64,000 nt of DNA from Mobula hypostoma (taxonomy: Eukaryota): contig NC_086109.1 in assembly GCF_963921235.1 (NCBI RefSeq), forward strand, positions 19,656,001-19,720,000, read 5' to 3'. Under the pieces are notes generated by a model that was not told the origin of the DNA, did not search any database, and saw only the letters and a program-made list of their open reading frames with translations. Within the stretch, counting starts at the first letter, position 1; each line of letters begins with the position of its first letter. Positions 24,336 to 37,052 of the stretch are shown here, piece after piece. The translations under genes were made by a program, and so were the position numbers.

Positions 24336-25290
24336 TAGCTTCCAGTAAGATGGTGGCATACTCAGATGCAGCACCAACGAAAGGTGCTATTGTCTTTATT
24401 AAACATGTTTGTTATGATTGCCAGACCCTGCTGGACGTTAAGAACTTTAAAGTACAACAGCTCTAACCCATCAGCGAGATGCTCATCGGTGGAGAAACTG
24501 AAGGAGCTGATGATGATGATGATGACATCGACTCAGGCCTGAGAGGCAGTGTCGGGCATTTTCATGCCATACCTCGCAGTATTTTTCCTTATTTTACGAG
24601 GTCGAGTTGCGAGCTCAACACTCAACCCGGCACGAATGGAAAGCATACGCGGCAGCGGCCCGACTGGATTCGAACCCGGGAACCTCCGGAGTCCGGCGCT
24701 GATATCACTGCGCCACCCGCCGACCTTGGTGTGAATTGCGTTGCTGCCTGCATCAAAGAGGCGCTGGTGCGTGAAGGCAGTGTGCAATCTAACAGCAAGA
24801 GATTGTCTTGGTCGTAAGACCCTGATAGACATCGGTAATGTGGAATACTGCAAGTCCAATTCACTGTTTTATTAGTGAATGGTCGAGGAGCTGCATGGCC
24901 TTGGTCTTAGCGAGACAAGGTCTCAAGCTGCAGTGTCACCTGTATGCCCAGAAGGGAGCTGTCAGAGTCGCTCTCCTCCATTGGAGTGCCAGAGGCAGTG
25001 TGGCGTGGTGTCGATGCTGGAGTCAATGCTGCTCTCCAGTGTTCACTCAGCAGAAGACAAGGTGTATTGTGTTCAACTGCAGACTGCTGCAACATTATGG
25101 ACTCAGGGACCTGGACTATTTATTTTGTGTGACATATTTTACTGCTGTCTTATATGTGCGATGCGTGCATTTGCTGTAAATGACTGCTGATACTGTATTT
25201 AGCACCTTGGCCCCATTGTAATACAGTTTTGTTTCACTGTATTCATGGGTACTCATGTATGGTTGAATGACAATTACACTTGAACTTGAG
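24336..25290 (+). mobile_element. non-autonomous retroposon with aagatggtggc head and (acttga)n LINE tail
   Basis: Interrupts the Tc1 copy; 3' end catgtatggttgaatgacaattacacttgaacttga also seen at 27050-27090. Confidence 0.6.
24508..24721 (-). mobile_element. young CpG-rich tRNA-derived SINE with (CAT)n tail
   Basis: rc: ggtggcgcagtga A-box, ggttcgaatcc B-box, ends gagtcgatgt(cat)n. Confidence 0.8.
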
Positions 25291-25374
25291 CTACTGCTGC
25301 TGTAACCCATCCACTTCAAGGTTGGATGGGTTGTGTGTTCAGAAATGCTGTTCTGCTCACCACTGTTGTAACAC

Positions 25375-25547
25375 TTGGTGACAACACCTGGTCGTAATCT
25401 TTGACTTATAAATCTTGTGGATCTTATTTTTAAGGTAACTGATTCTCTTCTTTCTTCTCTTCTAATATTTGTATATCTGCGCACTTGTAATGCTGCTGTG
25501 ACACTGTAATTTCCTTTGGGATCAATAAAGTATCTGTTTATCTATCT
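25375..25547 (+). mobile_element. Rex1 3' UTR
   Basis: aatttcctttgggatcaataaagtatctgtttatctatct, the canonical Rex1 terminus. Confidence 0.75.
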
Positions 25548-26837
25548 GTCACTGCCCTGTCAGCTTGAACCAGTCTGGCTATTCTCCTTTGACCTCTCTC
25601 ATTACAAGGCATTTTTCTCCAGAGGACTGTTTTCTGTTTATTACACTATTCCCTGTAAACTCTAGAGACCCTTGTGTATGAAAATCCCAGGAGATAATAG
25701 TTTCTGAAATACTCAAACCACACTGCCAGGCACCAACAATCATTCAACGGTCAAAGTCACTTAGATCACATTTCTTCCCCATTCTGATGTTTGATCTGAA
25801 CAACGACTGAACCCCTTAACTGTGTCTGCATGCTTTTATGCTTTGAGTTGCTGCCACACGATTAGCTGATTAGATATTTGCACTAATGACCAGGTGTACT
25901 GATGCACCGAATAAAGGGGCCACTGAGTGTATATTTCTTCAGAATAGGAAAAAGTTAATGAAATAACGTTTAATGTGTAGAGAAAGGAGAAGGAAAGAGA
26001 ATGTATCTCTGTATTAGAGTCAAAGGCTGATGAGAATAAATGTTTAAAAAGGTGGAGGAAATTCTGGGAATTAGAAATTGTGAAAGCTCTCTTGTGGCTG
26101 AAAGGCTGTCATTGAACCAGCTGGAAGAGGGGTTGCTGCTCCTCCTGCATCTTAATGCATTTGGTTCCATTTCACATGACACCCTTAGCTATTATGACTC
26201 TCCTGAACTCACTCTTACAAATTTCTATCATCTCAGCACTCATGGCTTTCAGGGAAAGTAGTTCCCGATTTTCACTACATTTAGGTGGGAAATATTCACA
26301 GACATCATACCATCAATAATTTTACCATTATTTCCCTGGTTGTGAATGTGCCCAGAAAGGAAATGTTTTTACCTTATCAAGTCTTTATTCTTACATGCCT
26401 CAATTAGCTCACTTTTTAATCCCCGGTACTTGGGAAATAAGCCTCATTTATTCAACCTGTCCTCATAACCTAATCCTTTTAATCCTATGATCATTCTGTG
26501 AAACATTCAATCTTGGAAACTTTAATTAACTCCGAGCATCACAGCCATTTTGGCAGAGAAAGAATATTACCCTTTGATTGAAGTGCTTCCTAATTTCGCT
26601 CCTAAACATATGGCCAGGGTCCAACTTTAATGTGATCTCCACTGCACCCAGATGAAACAGACACACAATTTATTGTTGATGTACCTGTGTTCTAGGCTCT
26701 TGCACTGGAGGAAATAATTTCCATCCACCTATCAAATTATTTTTATCATCTTAAAGGCCTCAGTTATGTCATACTTCAACTTTCTAATCTCAAGGGAATA
26801 CAGGCTAAACTGACTTTACCCTTCTGGCCCTGATACT

Positions 26838-27912
26838 AAAGTTCAAAGTAAATTTATTTTCAAATCACATATACATCCATCAATCTACAGGCCATGCCAC
26901 TCAGGACTTGGACTATATTACTTCTTTGTGACTGTATGTACTTCTGCCATTGTAACTATATGGTCAATCTGCCTTGTGCTGTGTGCTGTTGGTACAGCAT
27001 TTTACACCTTGGCCCTGGAAGAATGTTATTTCCTTTGGCCGTATACAGTACATGTATGGTTGAATGACAATTGAACCTGAATTTGAACTGATGTCACCAG
27101 ATACTACCATGAGATTCATTTTCCTGTGGATATCCACAGTAAATACAAAGAAACATAAAAGAATCAATGAAAAACTGCACACAGCAATATGGACAAACAA
27201 CTAGTGTGCAAGAGACAACAAACTGTGCAAATACACAAAGAAAAATAATAATAATAATAATAATAAATAAATAAATATAAGCAATAAATGTCAAGAACAT
27301 GAGATGAAGAGCCCTTGAAAGTGTGTCCATTGGTTGTGGGAGAAGATCAGTGATGGAGCAAGTGAAGTTGACTGAAGCTATCCCTTCTGGTTCAAGAGCC
27401 TGATGGTTGAGAGGTAATAACTGTTTCTGAATCTATTGGTGTGGGTTCTAAGGTTTCTATACCTCCTTTATGATGGCAGCAGCGAGACGAGAGCAGAGCC
27501 TGGGTGGTGGGTGTCCTTAATGATGGACGCTGCTTTCCTGGGACAGTGCTCCTTGTAGATGTGCTCAGTAGTGAGGAGAGCTTTACCAGTGATGGACTGG
27601 GCTGTATCCATTACTTTGCCATTCAAGGGCTTTGATATTTCCATACCAAGCCATGATACAACCATTTGGTAAACTCTCCACTGTCCATCTATAGAAGTTT
27701 GTCAAAGTTTTAGATGATGTGCCAAATCTTCACAAACTTCTAAGAAGGTAGAGGAGCTGCCATGTTTTCTTTTTAATGGCACTTGCATGCTGAACCCAGG
27801 ACCGATCCTCTGACATGATGATGCCAAGAAGCTTAAAGCTGCTGACCCTCTCCAGCTCTGATTCCCTGAAGAGCTCTGGCTTATGGACTCCAGTTTCCTC
27901 TTCCTGTAGTCA
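26838..27912 (-). mobile_element. Rex1-like LINE 3' portion with nested + strand LINE tail (~26893-27090)
   Basis: aaagttcaaagtaaattt tail; ORF 27468..27665 DTAQSITGKAL..CPRKAASIIKDTHHPG..LLPS. Confidence 0.8.
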
Positions 27913-27956
27913 TGATCAACTTTAATTAAAGTGATGGTGTAAAACTTCAGATGCTA

Positions 27957-28452
27957 GAAATAGAACATAGAACATAGAACAGTACAGCACATAAAAGCCC
28001 CTTTTGGCCCACAATGTTGTGCCAACCTTTTAACCTACTCTAAGATCAATCTCACCTTCCGCTCCTACGAAGTCCTCCATTTTTCTATCATCCATGTGCC
28101 TTTCTAAGAGTTCTTTATGTGCCTCTAATATAGCTACCTTTACTATCATCCTTGACAGTGTGTTCCACACACTCACACTCTCTGTGTAAAGAAGTTACCT
28201 CTGACATCTCCCGGAAGCTTCCCTCCAATCACCTTAGACTTATGCCCCCAGTATCAGCCATTTCTGTCCTGGGGAAAGCCTTGGGCTGTCCACTCAATCT
28301 ATGCCCCTTATCACCTTGCACCCCTCAATCAAGTCACCTCTCATCCTCCTTCACTGCAGAGAGAAAAGCCCTAGCTCACTCAACCTATCCTTATAAAACA
28401 TGCTCTCTAGTCCAGCCAACATGCTGGTAAACCTCCTCTGTACCCTCTCTAC
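27957..28452 (-). mobile_element. CR1 LINE 3' fragment
   Basis: (agaacat)n tail, acagtacagcac, caagtcacctctcatcctcc. Confidence 0.85.
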
Positions 28453-29231
28453 ATCTGGAATAAAAAAACACAAAATGCAGGAGATACTCAGAAGGTGAGG
28501 CAGTTTCTGTGAAAAGAGAAAAACAGAAATAATGTTTTAGTTTAATAACCTCTCATCAATCTAGAAAGTTAATTTTATTTCCCTTTCCATAGATGCTGCT
28601 CTATGTATTGAGTACTTCTAGCAATTCTCTTTTTAATTTATTCATATAGATCTGTCCAGTAAGGCCAGTACAGTTTTCCTGATGTTCAGTACTTTATACC
28701 TGGAGCCACTTATCATATTTTGTTCACTTTGCAACTGGAATTGATTGAATTTCTTGCTTATCTACCTAGGCACCAACGAAGCAGAGCAAAGCTGAAGTAC
28801 ATTATGGCTAAGACAGCTCTGTGGAGGTAATGGAGAGCCTACTAATAAGAATGTTATAGAGAAACAAGAGTAAGCGAACACTGTTCTGTCATACTGCAGA
28901 ACATGACTGACCTGTATCTCACCTGCTTTTCTGTCCAGTCCCCACATCTATGCTTTCTTGGTGCCCACAAATATATCAGCTATAAATATGCCAAACTCTC
29001 AGGTAAAGGAGTCCTTGGATTTACCAGCATCTAAGGAAAGGAATTGCTTATCCCATCCCTGACCTGGCTTATCTCCCTTCTCTCCCACCCACTTCAATTC
29101 CAGACTCTCCAGCCTAGCAATTAACTACAGCATTCACCCCGTCAACTCCCTCTCTTCTATGTCACAGTGAGATGATCGTTCATTCTCCTAAACCCTGCTG
29201 AATTTAAATATACTGTATACTCTGTTCAGTA

Positions 29232-30005
29232 TCGGAATCAAAATCAGGTTTAATATCACCGGCATATGCCGTGAAATTTGTTAACTTTGTGGCGGCATTT
29301 CCATACAATACATGATAATAATAGAAAAAATATGAATTTCTGTAACTATATATTTATATAAAATAGTTAAATTAAATAAGTAGTGCAAAAGATAGGAAAT
29401 AAAAAAGTAGTGAGGTAATGTTCATGGGTTCAAGGTCCATTCAGAAATCAGATGGCAGAGGGGAAGAAGCTGTTCCTGAATCACTGTGTGTGTGCCTTCA
29501 GGCTTCTGTACCTCCTTCCTGATGATGGCAATGAGAAGAGGGCACGTCCTGGGTATTGGAGGTCCTTAATGATGGGCGCTGCCTTTCTGAGGCACCGCTC
29601 CTTGATGGTGTCCTGGATAGTACCCAGACTAGTGCCCGTGATGGAGCTGACTAATTTTCCATCTCTCTGCAGGTTACTTCGATCCTTTGCAGTAGCCCCC
29701 CATGCCACCCCCCATATGAGACAGTGATGCTGCTAGTTAGAATGGTCTCCACAGTACATCTGTAGAAATTTGTGAGTGTTTTTGGTAACATACCAAATCT
29801 AACCGAACCCCTAATGAAATATAGCCGCTGTCTTTCTTTCTTTATAGCTGCATCGATATGTTGGGTCCAGGTCAGGTCCTCAGAGATACCGACACCCAGA
29901 AATTTGAAATTTCTCACTCTCTCCACTCCTGATCCCTCTATGAGGACTGATGTGTGTTCCCTTGTCCTTCCCTTTCTGAAGTCTACAATCAGCTCCTTGG
30001 TCTTA
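29232..30005 (-). mobile_element. Rex1-like LINE 3' portion
   Basis: ERVRNFKFLGVGISEDLTWTQHIDAAIKKERQRLYFIR; LFSLPSSGRRYRSLKAHT. Confidence 0.9.
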
Positions 30006-30147
30006 CCTCATCCTCCTCACCTCATAAGATGACACCCAAACCCCAGGAATCAGTTTAGCAAACTCCGACCATCCAGACTTCAAGTCATACACATTCCTTC
30101 AAATGAGGCTTCACAGAAATCTACATTTCTAAATTGCAATCCCCTCC

Positions 30148-30525
30148 AGAATCAGGTTTATTATCACTGACATACCGTGTGTCCTGAATGCGCTATTTTG
30201 TGGCAGCAGTACAGTGAAATACAAACAGTTACAATAAGTTACAACAAGAAATAGATAATAACAAATAAATAAACAGTGCAAAAGAAAATAGCAAACTTCT
30301 GAGGTTGTGTTCATGTAAGAAGTATGACAGTCAATTTGTGTACTAAATGCTGGAAATAAGAGTGAGATTAAAAGCTGGAGATCCATTTTAGTCACAGTGT
30401 CAGTCAATGACCATAGAACTAACCCACATGGACCATTCAGGAATATAATGGCAGAGGAGAAGAGAATGTTCCTAAAATGTTGAGTCTGCATCTTCAGGCT
30501 CCTGTTCCTCCACCCTGATAGCAGT
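30148..30525 (-). mobile_element. Rex1-like LINE 3' UTR carrying a ~110-bp foreign insert
   Basis: agaatcaggtttattatcactgac tail; family sequence interrupted at 30316-30426. Confidence 0.75.
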
Positions 30526-30594
30526 AATGTTGCCATAAGGACCAACACACCATTGTTTTCCAAATTATATTCATCTATTTATTTTCTGTCGCAA

Positions 30595-31125
30595 AAGGAA
30601 CAGAATGCAGGAGGAACTCAGAAGGTCAGGCAGCATGTATGGAAATGGATAAACAGTCGATGTTTTGGGCCAAGACCCTAATTCAAAACTGAGAAGGCAG
30701 AGAGAAGATGACAGAATAAAAAAAGGTGGGACGGGAGGGGGAGGAGGCTAGCTGGAAGGTGACAGGAGAAGCCAGCTGGGTGGGAAAGGTAAAGGAGAAG
30801 ATGGAATCTAATAGGAGAGGAGAATGGACCATGGGAGAAAGGGAAGGATAAGGGGACCCAGGGGCAAGTCATAGGCAGCTGAGAAGAGGTAAAAGGTCAG
30901 AGTAGGGAATAGAGGAAAAGGGGAATTTTTTTTACCAGAAGGAGAAATCTATATTCATGTCATCAGGTTGGAGGCAAGGCACATGGAATATAAAGTGTTG
31001 CTTCTCTATTCCGAGGGTGGCCTCACCTTGGCACAAGAGGAGCCCACAGGCCAAAATGTCGGAACGGGAATTAAAATGTTTGGCCACCAGGAAGTCCCGC
31101 TTTTGGCAGATGGAGCAGGGGTATT
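30595..31125 (-). mobile_element. Penelope-like element 3' end and pLTR
   Basis: ORF 30932..31168 SICQKRDFLVAKHFNS..GLLLCQGEAT..EKQHFIFH..LQPDDMNIDFS. Confidence 0.8.
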
Positions 31126-31919
31126 CAATGAAGATTCTCATGAACCAGGACATCTGATACAGCAACATTTAAACATTTAAAAATCATTGTGTACTTTTAA
31201 TCTGACTACCAGTAATAATCTCACATTTTCTCATGTGTTACAACTTCTGCACCTATTCACTCAATTTATCCATATCCACTTGCAGTCTCATCGCACCCTT
31301 ATCCTGGTACACTTTCCCATTAAGCTTTGTGTCATCAGTATACTTGGACATTACTCTGCCTTTTTATCTAAGTCATTAACATTAATTGCAAACATCCAGG
31401 AGCTCAGTACTTTCACTGATAAACGACACAGAAACCTTGAAAATTAGACAGCACTTCTTAAAATGAAGTAAATACTTTACTTAGATGAGAATGTTGGCCA
31501 CTAACTGTATTTGGTTCTCAGTAGCTACAGTCTTCAGTGGTACCACGTGTGTAACAGTCAGCCGATAATCTTGCATGCATTCAGCAATAGTAACCAAAGA
31601 CAAATTCCTCCCCCAGAATATTAACGCCCTTCACAGTCTCCGGGCATACCTTTACGACCTATAATAGTGAAGTTCTGTTGAAGTTTAACTGCAGTAATAC
31701 ATAAGAAATATGACAGTCAATTTGTGTAGTTCAAGATTCTGAAAACAGCAGTCAGATTAAAACCTAGTTATCCATTTTAGTCATTGTGTCAGTCAATGAA
31801 AATACAACCAACCTTTATAGTTGTAAAGGAGATGAAAATAAGCCCTGACAGAATTCACAAATTGCTACATAAAATTTTGTAATATAGAATAATATTTGCT
31901 CTCACAGAATTTATCTGAA

Positions 31920-32143
31920 TTCTTGCCATTCTCTATAAAGAGTTTGTACTTTCTCCCAGTTACTGCGTGGGTTTCCTCCAGATGCTCTGGTTTCCTCCCA
32001 CAGTCCAAAGACGTACTGGTTGATAGGTTAATTGGTCATTGTAAACTGTCCTGTGATTAGGCTAGGATTAAATTGGTGGATTGCTGGGCAGCATGGCTCA
32101 AAGGGCTGGAAAAGCCGATTCCACACTGTATCGCAATAAATAA
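31920..32143 (+). mobile_element. V-SINE, 5'-truncated
   Basis: gcgtgggtttcctccagatgctctggtttcctcccacagtccaaagacg; aataaataa tail. Confidence 0.8.
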
Positions 32144-32164
32144 GAAGTTTTTAAAAAAGAAACA

Positions 32165-32298
32165 TGGCCCTGATAAAGGGTCTCAGCCCAAAAAGTCGAA
32201 TATTTATTCATTTCCATAGATGCTGCCTGACCTGCTCAGATTTTCCAGCATTTTGTGTGTGTTGCTCCGAATTCCTGCATTTGCAGAATCTCTTGTGT
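32165..32298 (+). mobile_element. Penelope pLTR fragment
   Basis: ctgataaagggtctcagcccaaaaagtcg then tttccatagatgctgcctgacctgctc. Confidence 0.7.
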
Positions 32299-32947
32299 TT
32301 AAAGTAAACATGATATTTGTTTTTCAACTTGTATTTCTTCATGCATATGCAAATGACATCACTTTGTGTTAGAGAAAATTGCCTTACGGGCCACTTACAG
32401 GAAATGCGACTGTATTCCTGTAGCACAGGGTTTTCCTATGGATAATCTCTCTGCTGCATTAAAATGAACCTCAAGGTAGTGGTGGCATAAACATACTTTG
32501 AGCTTTCAACATTACAGCTTGGGTTACCGGGGTGGGATTCACAAATATGACTTTCCATCTTTGAAAAAAAAGTGCGCTGCTCACATGCCAAGTCGTGGCT
32601 GAACATTTTCATGGTCGTCAATCTGAACCATTAAATTTAACAATTTAAAGTCGCACCCTGCAAAAATGGGATTAGACCAGGCAAGCAGAACTATTGCAAT
32701 ATAATAATTAAAACAATGAGCCCTAGTTTAAATTATTTTTGTCAGTCAGAAGTTTTCTTTTCTGTAGGATGGAAAAAAACAAATTGGTTGCTGGCTAAGT
32801 AGTCCATTTAAATGAATGTCCCCATTAGCTGCTCGTTGCCGTAGTGGATTATCTACTGACTCTACTTCATTCCCCCATAGTAATAGATTGCCACTGATGT
32901 GTAGTGCAGAAAGTGACAAACCAGCCAAGAATTTTAAAGTGCGAGCT

Positions 32948-32961
32948 GTTGCCATGGTTAC
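32948..32961. promoter_or_regulatory. RFX X-box motif in repeat-free sequence
   Basis: GTTGCCATGGTTAC; rc GTAACCATGGCAAC fits GTNRCC-N2-RGYAAC exactly; function not shown. Confidence 0.4.
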
Positions 32962-33524
32962 CTGCTCCACAAGATGCACTCTCATATTTATATGGCAAAG
33001 GGAGTGAAATAAGACGGTCGTTGGTGCGATAGTATTATCACCTCCTGGCTCGATCCTGATTATATCTGTTACTAAATATGGATTATAATGTGGACATGAT
33101 CTGTGAATGTGCAATTCTTGCTGCACCTGCGTTCCCATCTGTTCCCACACTGCAAAGTTTATGTACAGGAGAGCTACCCAAACTTATTTCAATCGGGCAA
33201 CTCTAATATTTAAAAAAGTTCATTTGATGACATTTGTCCTCAAGGATGAGAGTTATTGTTAAAACTGCAAAATATAAGTAAACTTCAAGTTAAGTTATAA
33301 CATCACTATAGGTGTCTTGGATAACATTTAGTGTCCAACAACCATCAAGTTCTTGAGCTGACCTGGGTGAATCTAACCCTACAAAAACAGCAGAATACTA
33401 TGAAACACCTCTTGCATTACCATGGACTTGCCCATGACTGTCACTAAGAACTTGTTTTTACACAGTTTTTTTCCTCTTTGTCTTCAGCTATATTGTATAA
33501 TTTATGGATAATTTATATTCAGTG

Positions 33525-33920
33525 TATCATAGAGAAGCTTTTGGATGGGATAATTAGGGAAGGGATTTATACGCATTTGGAAAGACATGGTCAGATTAGA
33601 GGGAGTCAGTGTGACTTTGTGTGGGGCAGCTCATACCTTACAAACATGATGGAGTGTGTTGAGAAGGTAAAAAATGTGGTAGATGAGATTAAGGCAGCGG
33701 ATGTTATCTACGTGGACCATAGTAAAGTATTTGATAAGGTCCCTCATGGATTATAAGATAAAAATACATGAGATCCAGGGTGAATTGCAAGTTTGGATTC
33801 AGAACTGGTTTCCCCTAGAAGACAAAGGGTATTGGTGGAAGGCAGTTATTCTGGATAGAGGTTAATGACCACGGGCGTTCCTCAAGGATCAGTGTGTTAG
33901 GGCCTTTGTTGCCTGTGATT
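33525..33920 (+). mobile_element. CR1 RT fragment
   Basis: HLERHGQIRGSQCDFVWGSSYLTNM..DVIYVDHSKVFDKVPH. Confidence 0.85.
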
Positions 33921-33984
33921 TAATGTCCTCCTCTTGTGCCAAGTTGAGGCCACTTTCAAGGTGTTGGAGCAATACTAAAGAACT

Positions 33985-36517
33985 TGACTAGTGAGGTGTA
34001 ATGGTGGAACAGAGAAATAAGAAAGTTATGACTGCATTAATGGGGATATATTACAGACCACCCATCAGTCCTAGGGATTTTGAGGAACAAATTTGTATAG
34101 AGGTCGCAGACTGTTGGAAGAAACATAAGGTTGTTACAGTAGGTGATTTTAACTTCCCATATATTCACTGGGAATCCCACATGGTAAAAGGACTAGATGA
34201 GATAAAGTTTATCAAATGTATTTGGGAGAATTTCCTTTATCAGTACGTAGAAGTCCCAATGACAGCGCGTGTGATACTGGATCTGCTGTTAGGGAATGAG
34301 AGAGGGCAAGTGACAGAGGTTTGTGTCAGGGAAGACTTGCATCCAATGATCACAATGCCATTAGTGATTATATTAATTTTGATGATATCAGAAATGATCT
34401 GGAAAGTGTAGATTAGAATAGGTTGTTTTCTGGCAAAGATGTACTTGGAAAGGGGGAGGTCTTCAAAAGTGGAATTTTGAGAGTACGAAGATTGTATGTG
34501 CCCGAAAGAATAAAAGGTAACGATAACAAGTGTAGGGAACCTTGGTTTTCAAGAGATAATGAGGCCCTGGTTAAGAGAAAAAAGGAGGTGCATAGCAGGT
34601 CTAGACAAGCAGGAACAAATGAGGTGCTCATGGAGTACAAGAAATGCAAGAGAACATTTAAGAAAGAAATCAGGAAGACTAAAAGAAGGCGAGAAATTAT
34701 TCTAGCAGATAAGGCAAAAGAGAATCCTAAGGGATTCTACAGATATGTTAAGAGCAAAAGGATTGCAAGGGACAAAACTGGTCCTCTGGAAGATCAGAAC
34801 AGTAATCCATGTGTGCAGCCAAAATAGATGGGGAAGATCTGAAACGAATTCTTTGCATCTGTATTTACTCAGGAGATACAAAGCCCACAGAAGTGAGGCG
34901 AAGCAGTATCAACTTCATGGACCCTGTACAGATTACAGAGGAGGAGGTGTTTGCTACCCCTAAGTCCAAATCAGGATGGATAATTCCCCAGGGCCTGACA
35001 AGTTGTTCCCTCAGACCCTACAGAAGGCAAGTGCAGAAATTGCTGGGGCCCTAGCAGAGATATTTAAAACATCCTTGGTGACGGGAGAGATGCCAGAAGA
35101 TTGAAGGACAGCCAATGTTCCACCATTTAAAAAAGGTTATAAACTGAAGCCAGGAAATTATAGCCAGTTGGTCTGACATCAGTTGTGGGCAAGTTATTAG
35201 AAGGTATTCTAAGGGACCAGATATATAAATATTTGGATAGACATGGACTGATCAAAATAGTCAACAGGGCTTCGTGCATGGTAGGTCACGTCTAACCAAT
35301 CTTATAGAGCTTTTCAAGGAAGTTTCCAAGAAAGTGGATGAAGGCAAGGCAATGGATGTTGTCTACATGGACTCTATTAAAGCACTTGACAGGGTCCTGC
35401 ATAGGAGGCTGGTCAAGAAGGATCAGTCTCTCGGCATTCAGGATGAGGTAGAAAATTGGATTAGGCATTGGCTTTGTGGGAGAAGCCACAGAGTGGTAGT
35501 AGAGGGTTGCCTTTCTGACTGGAGGCCCCTGACTAATGGTGTACCATAGCGATCAGTGCTGGGTCCTTTGCTGTTTGTCATCTATATTAATGATCTAGAT
35601 GATCAGCAAACTTGCAGATAACACCAAGATTTGGGATGCAGTGGAAGTACTGTTATTATGACTTGCAGAGGGATCTGAATCAGCTAGAAAAGTGGGCTGA
35701 AAAATAACAGAACTTAATGCAGACCAGTGCGAGGTTTTGCACTTCGGTAGGACCAACCGGTGTAGGTCTTACACGGTGAACAGTAGGGCTCTGAGGAGTG
35801 TGGTAGAACAAAGGGATCTGGGAATATAGGTCCATAATTCATTGAAAGTGGCGTCACAGGTAGATACAGTTGTAAAGAAAGCTTTTGGCACATTGGCCTT
35901 CATAAATTAATGTATTGAATACAGAAGATGGTATGTCAAGTTGAAGTTGTACAAGACATAGGTGAGGCTTAATTTGGAGTATTGTGTGCAGTTTTGGTCA
36001 CCTACCAACAGGATAGATGTAAACAAGATTGAAAGAATTCAGAGAAAATTTACAAGGATGTCACCTGGTCTGGAGAACTTGAGTCATAAGGAACGATTGA
36101 ATAGGTTAGGACTTTTTTCTTTACAACTTAGAAGAAAGAGAAGACATTTGATAGAGGTATGCAAAATTATGAAGGGTGTAGATAGGGTAAATGTAAGCAG
36201 GCTTTTTCCACTGAGGTGGGGTGGGACTACAACTGGAGGTCATGGGTTAAGGGTGAAAGGTGAGAAGTTTAGGGGTAACATGAGGGGAAACTTCTTCACT
36301 CAGAGGGTCGTGAGAGTGTGGAATCAGCTGCCAGCTCAGGTGATGCATCCAAGCTTGATTTCAACATTTAAGAGAAGTTCGGATAGGTACATGGATTGTA
36401 AGGAAATGGAGGACTATGGTCCCTGTGCAGGTTGATGGGAGTAGGTAATTTAAATAGTTTCACCATGAACTAGATGGGTCGAAGGGCCTATTTCTGTGCC
36501 GTATTTCTCTGACTCTA
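33985..36517 (+). mobile_element. long CR1 LINE, decayed ORF2 (APE endonuclease + RT) to 3' end
   Basis: GIYYRPP..VVTVGDFNFPYIHW; ENPKGFYRYV; GRSRLTNLIE; RLNLEYCVQFWSP..FFTQRVVRVWNQLP; many stops and frameshifts. Confidence 0.95.
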
Positions 36518-36519
36518 TC

Positions 36520-37052
36520 ACTTCTGCAGCTCCTGCCTAACAGCAGCATTGAGAAGAGGGTATGGCTAGGGTGATAGAGACCCAGAATGATGGATGCCAC
36601 ATTCCTGGGACATCGCCTCTTAAAGCTGTTCTTGATCATATGGAAAGTTGTATCCATGATGGAACTGGCTGAGTCAACAATTATTTTTTTATTTTATTGA
36701 TATACAGCACGGAGTGGCCCTTTTAAATCCCCCAATTTAATCCTAGCCAAATCACGGGACATTTTACAATGACCAATTAACCTACCAACCAGTACATCTT
36801 TAGACTGTCGGAGGAAACCAGAGAAGCTGGAGGAAACCCACACGGTCATGAGGAGAATGTACAACCGCCTTACAGAACCCAGGTCGCCCGTACGGTAAAG
36901 CATTCTGCTAATGACTGCACTTCCTTGTCACACTCTCTCTGCAGTCTCTTACATTCCTGTGCATTGGAGTTATCAAACTAGTCTGTAATGCAACCAATCA
37001 AAATGATTTGCACTGTACACCTATCAAAGACTTTGATGACATGCCGAATCTT
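36520..37052 (-). mobile_element. Rex1-like LINE fragment split by a V-SINE
   Basis: RRCPRNVASII..HPSHTLFSMLL. Confidence 0.65.
36682..36930 (-). mobile_element. V-SINE
   Basis: tttacaatgaccaattaacctaccaacc...ggaggaaaccagag..ggaggaaacccacac. Confidence 0.75.

Larger units (their letters stand above)
24272..25929 (-). mobile_element. non-autonomous Tc1/mariner derivative, copy 1 (hosts three insertions)
   Basis: TIRs cactcaatggccagtttattag / aataaaggggccactgagtg|ta; internal sequence matches 38649-39214 and 62853-64000. Confidence 0.85.
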
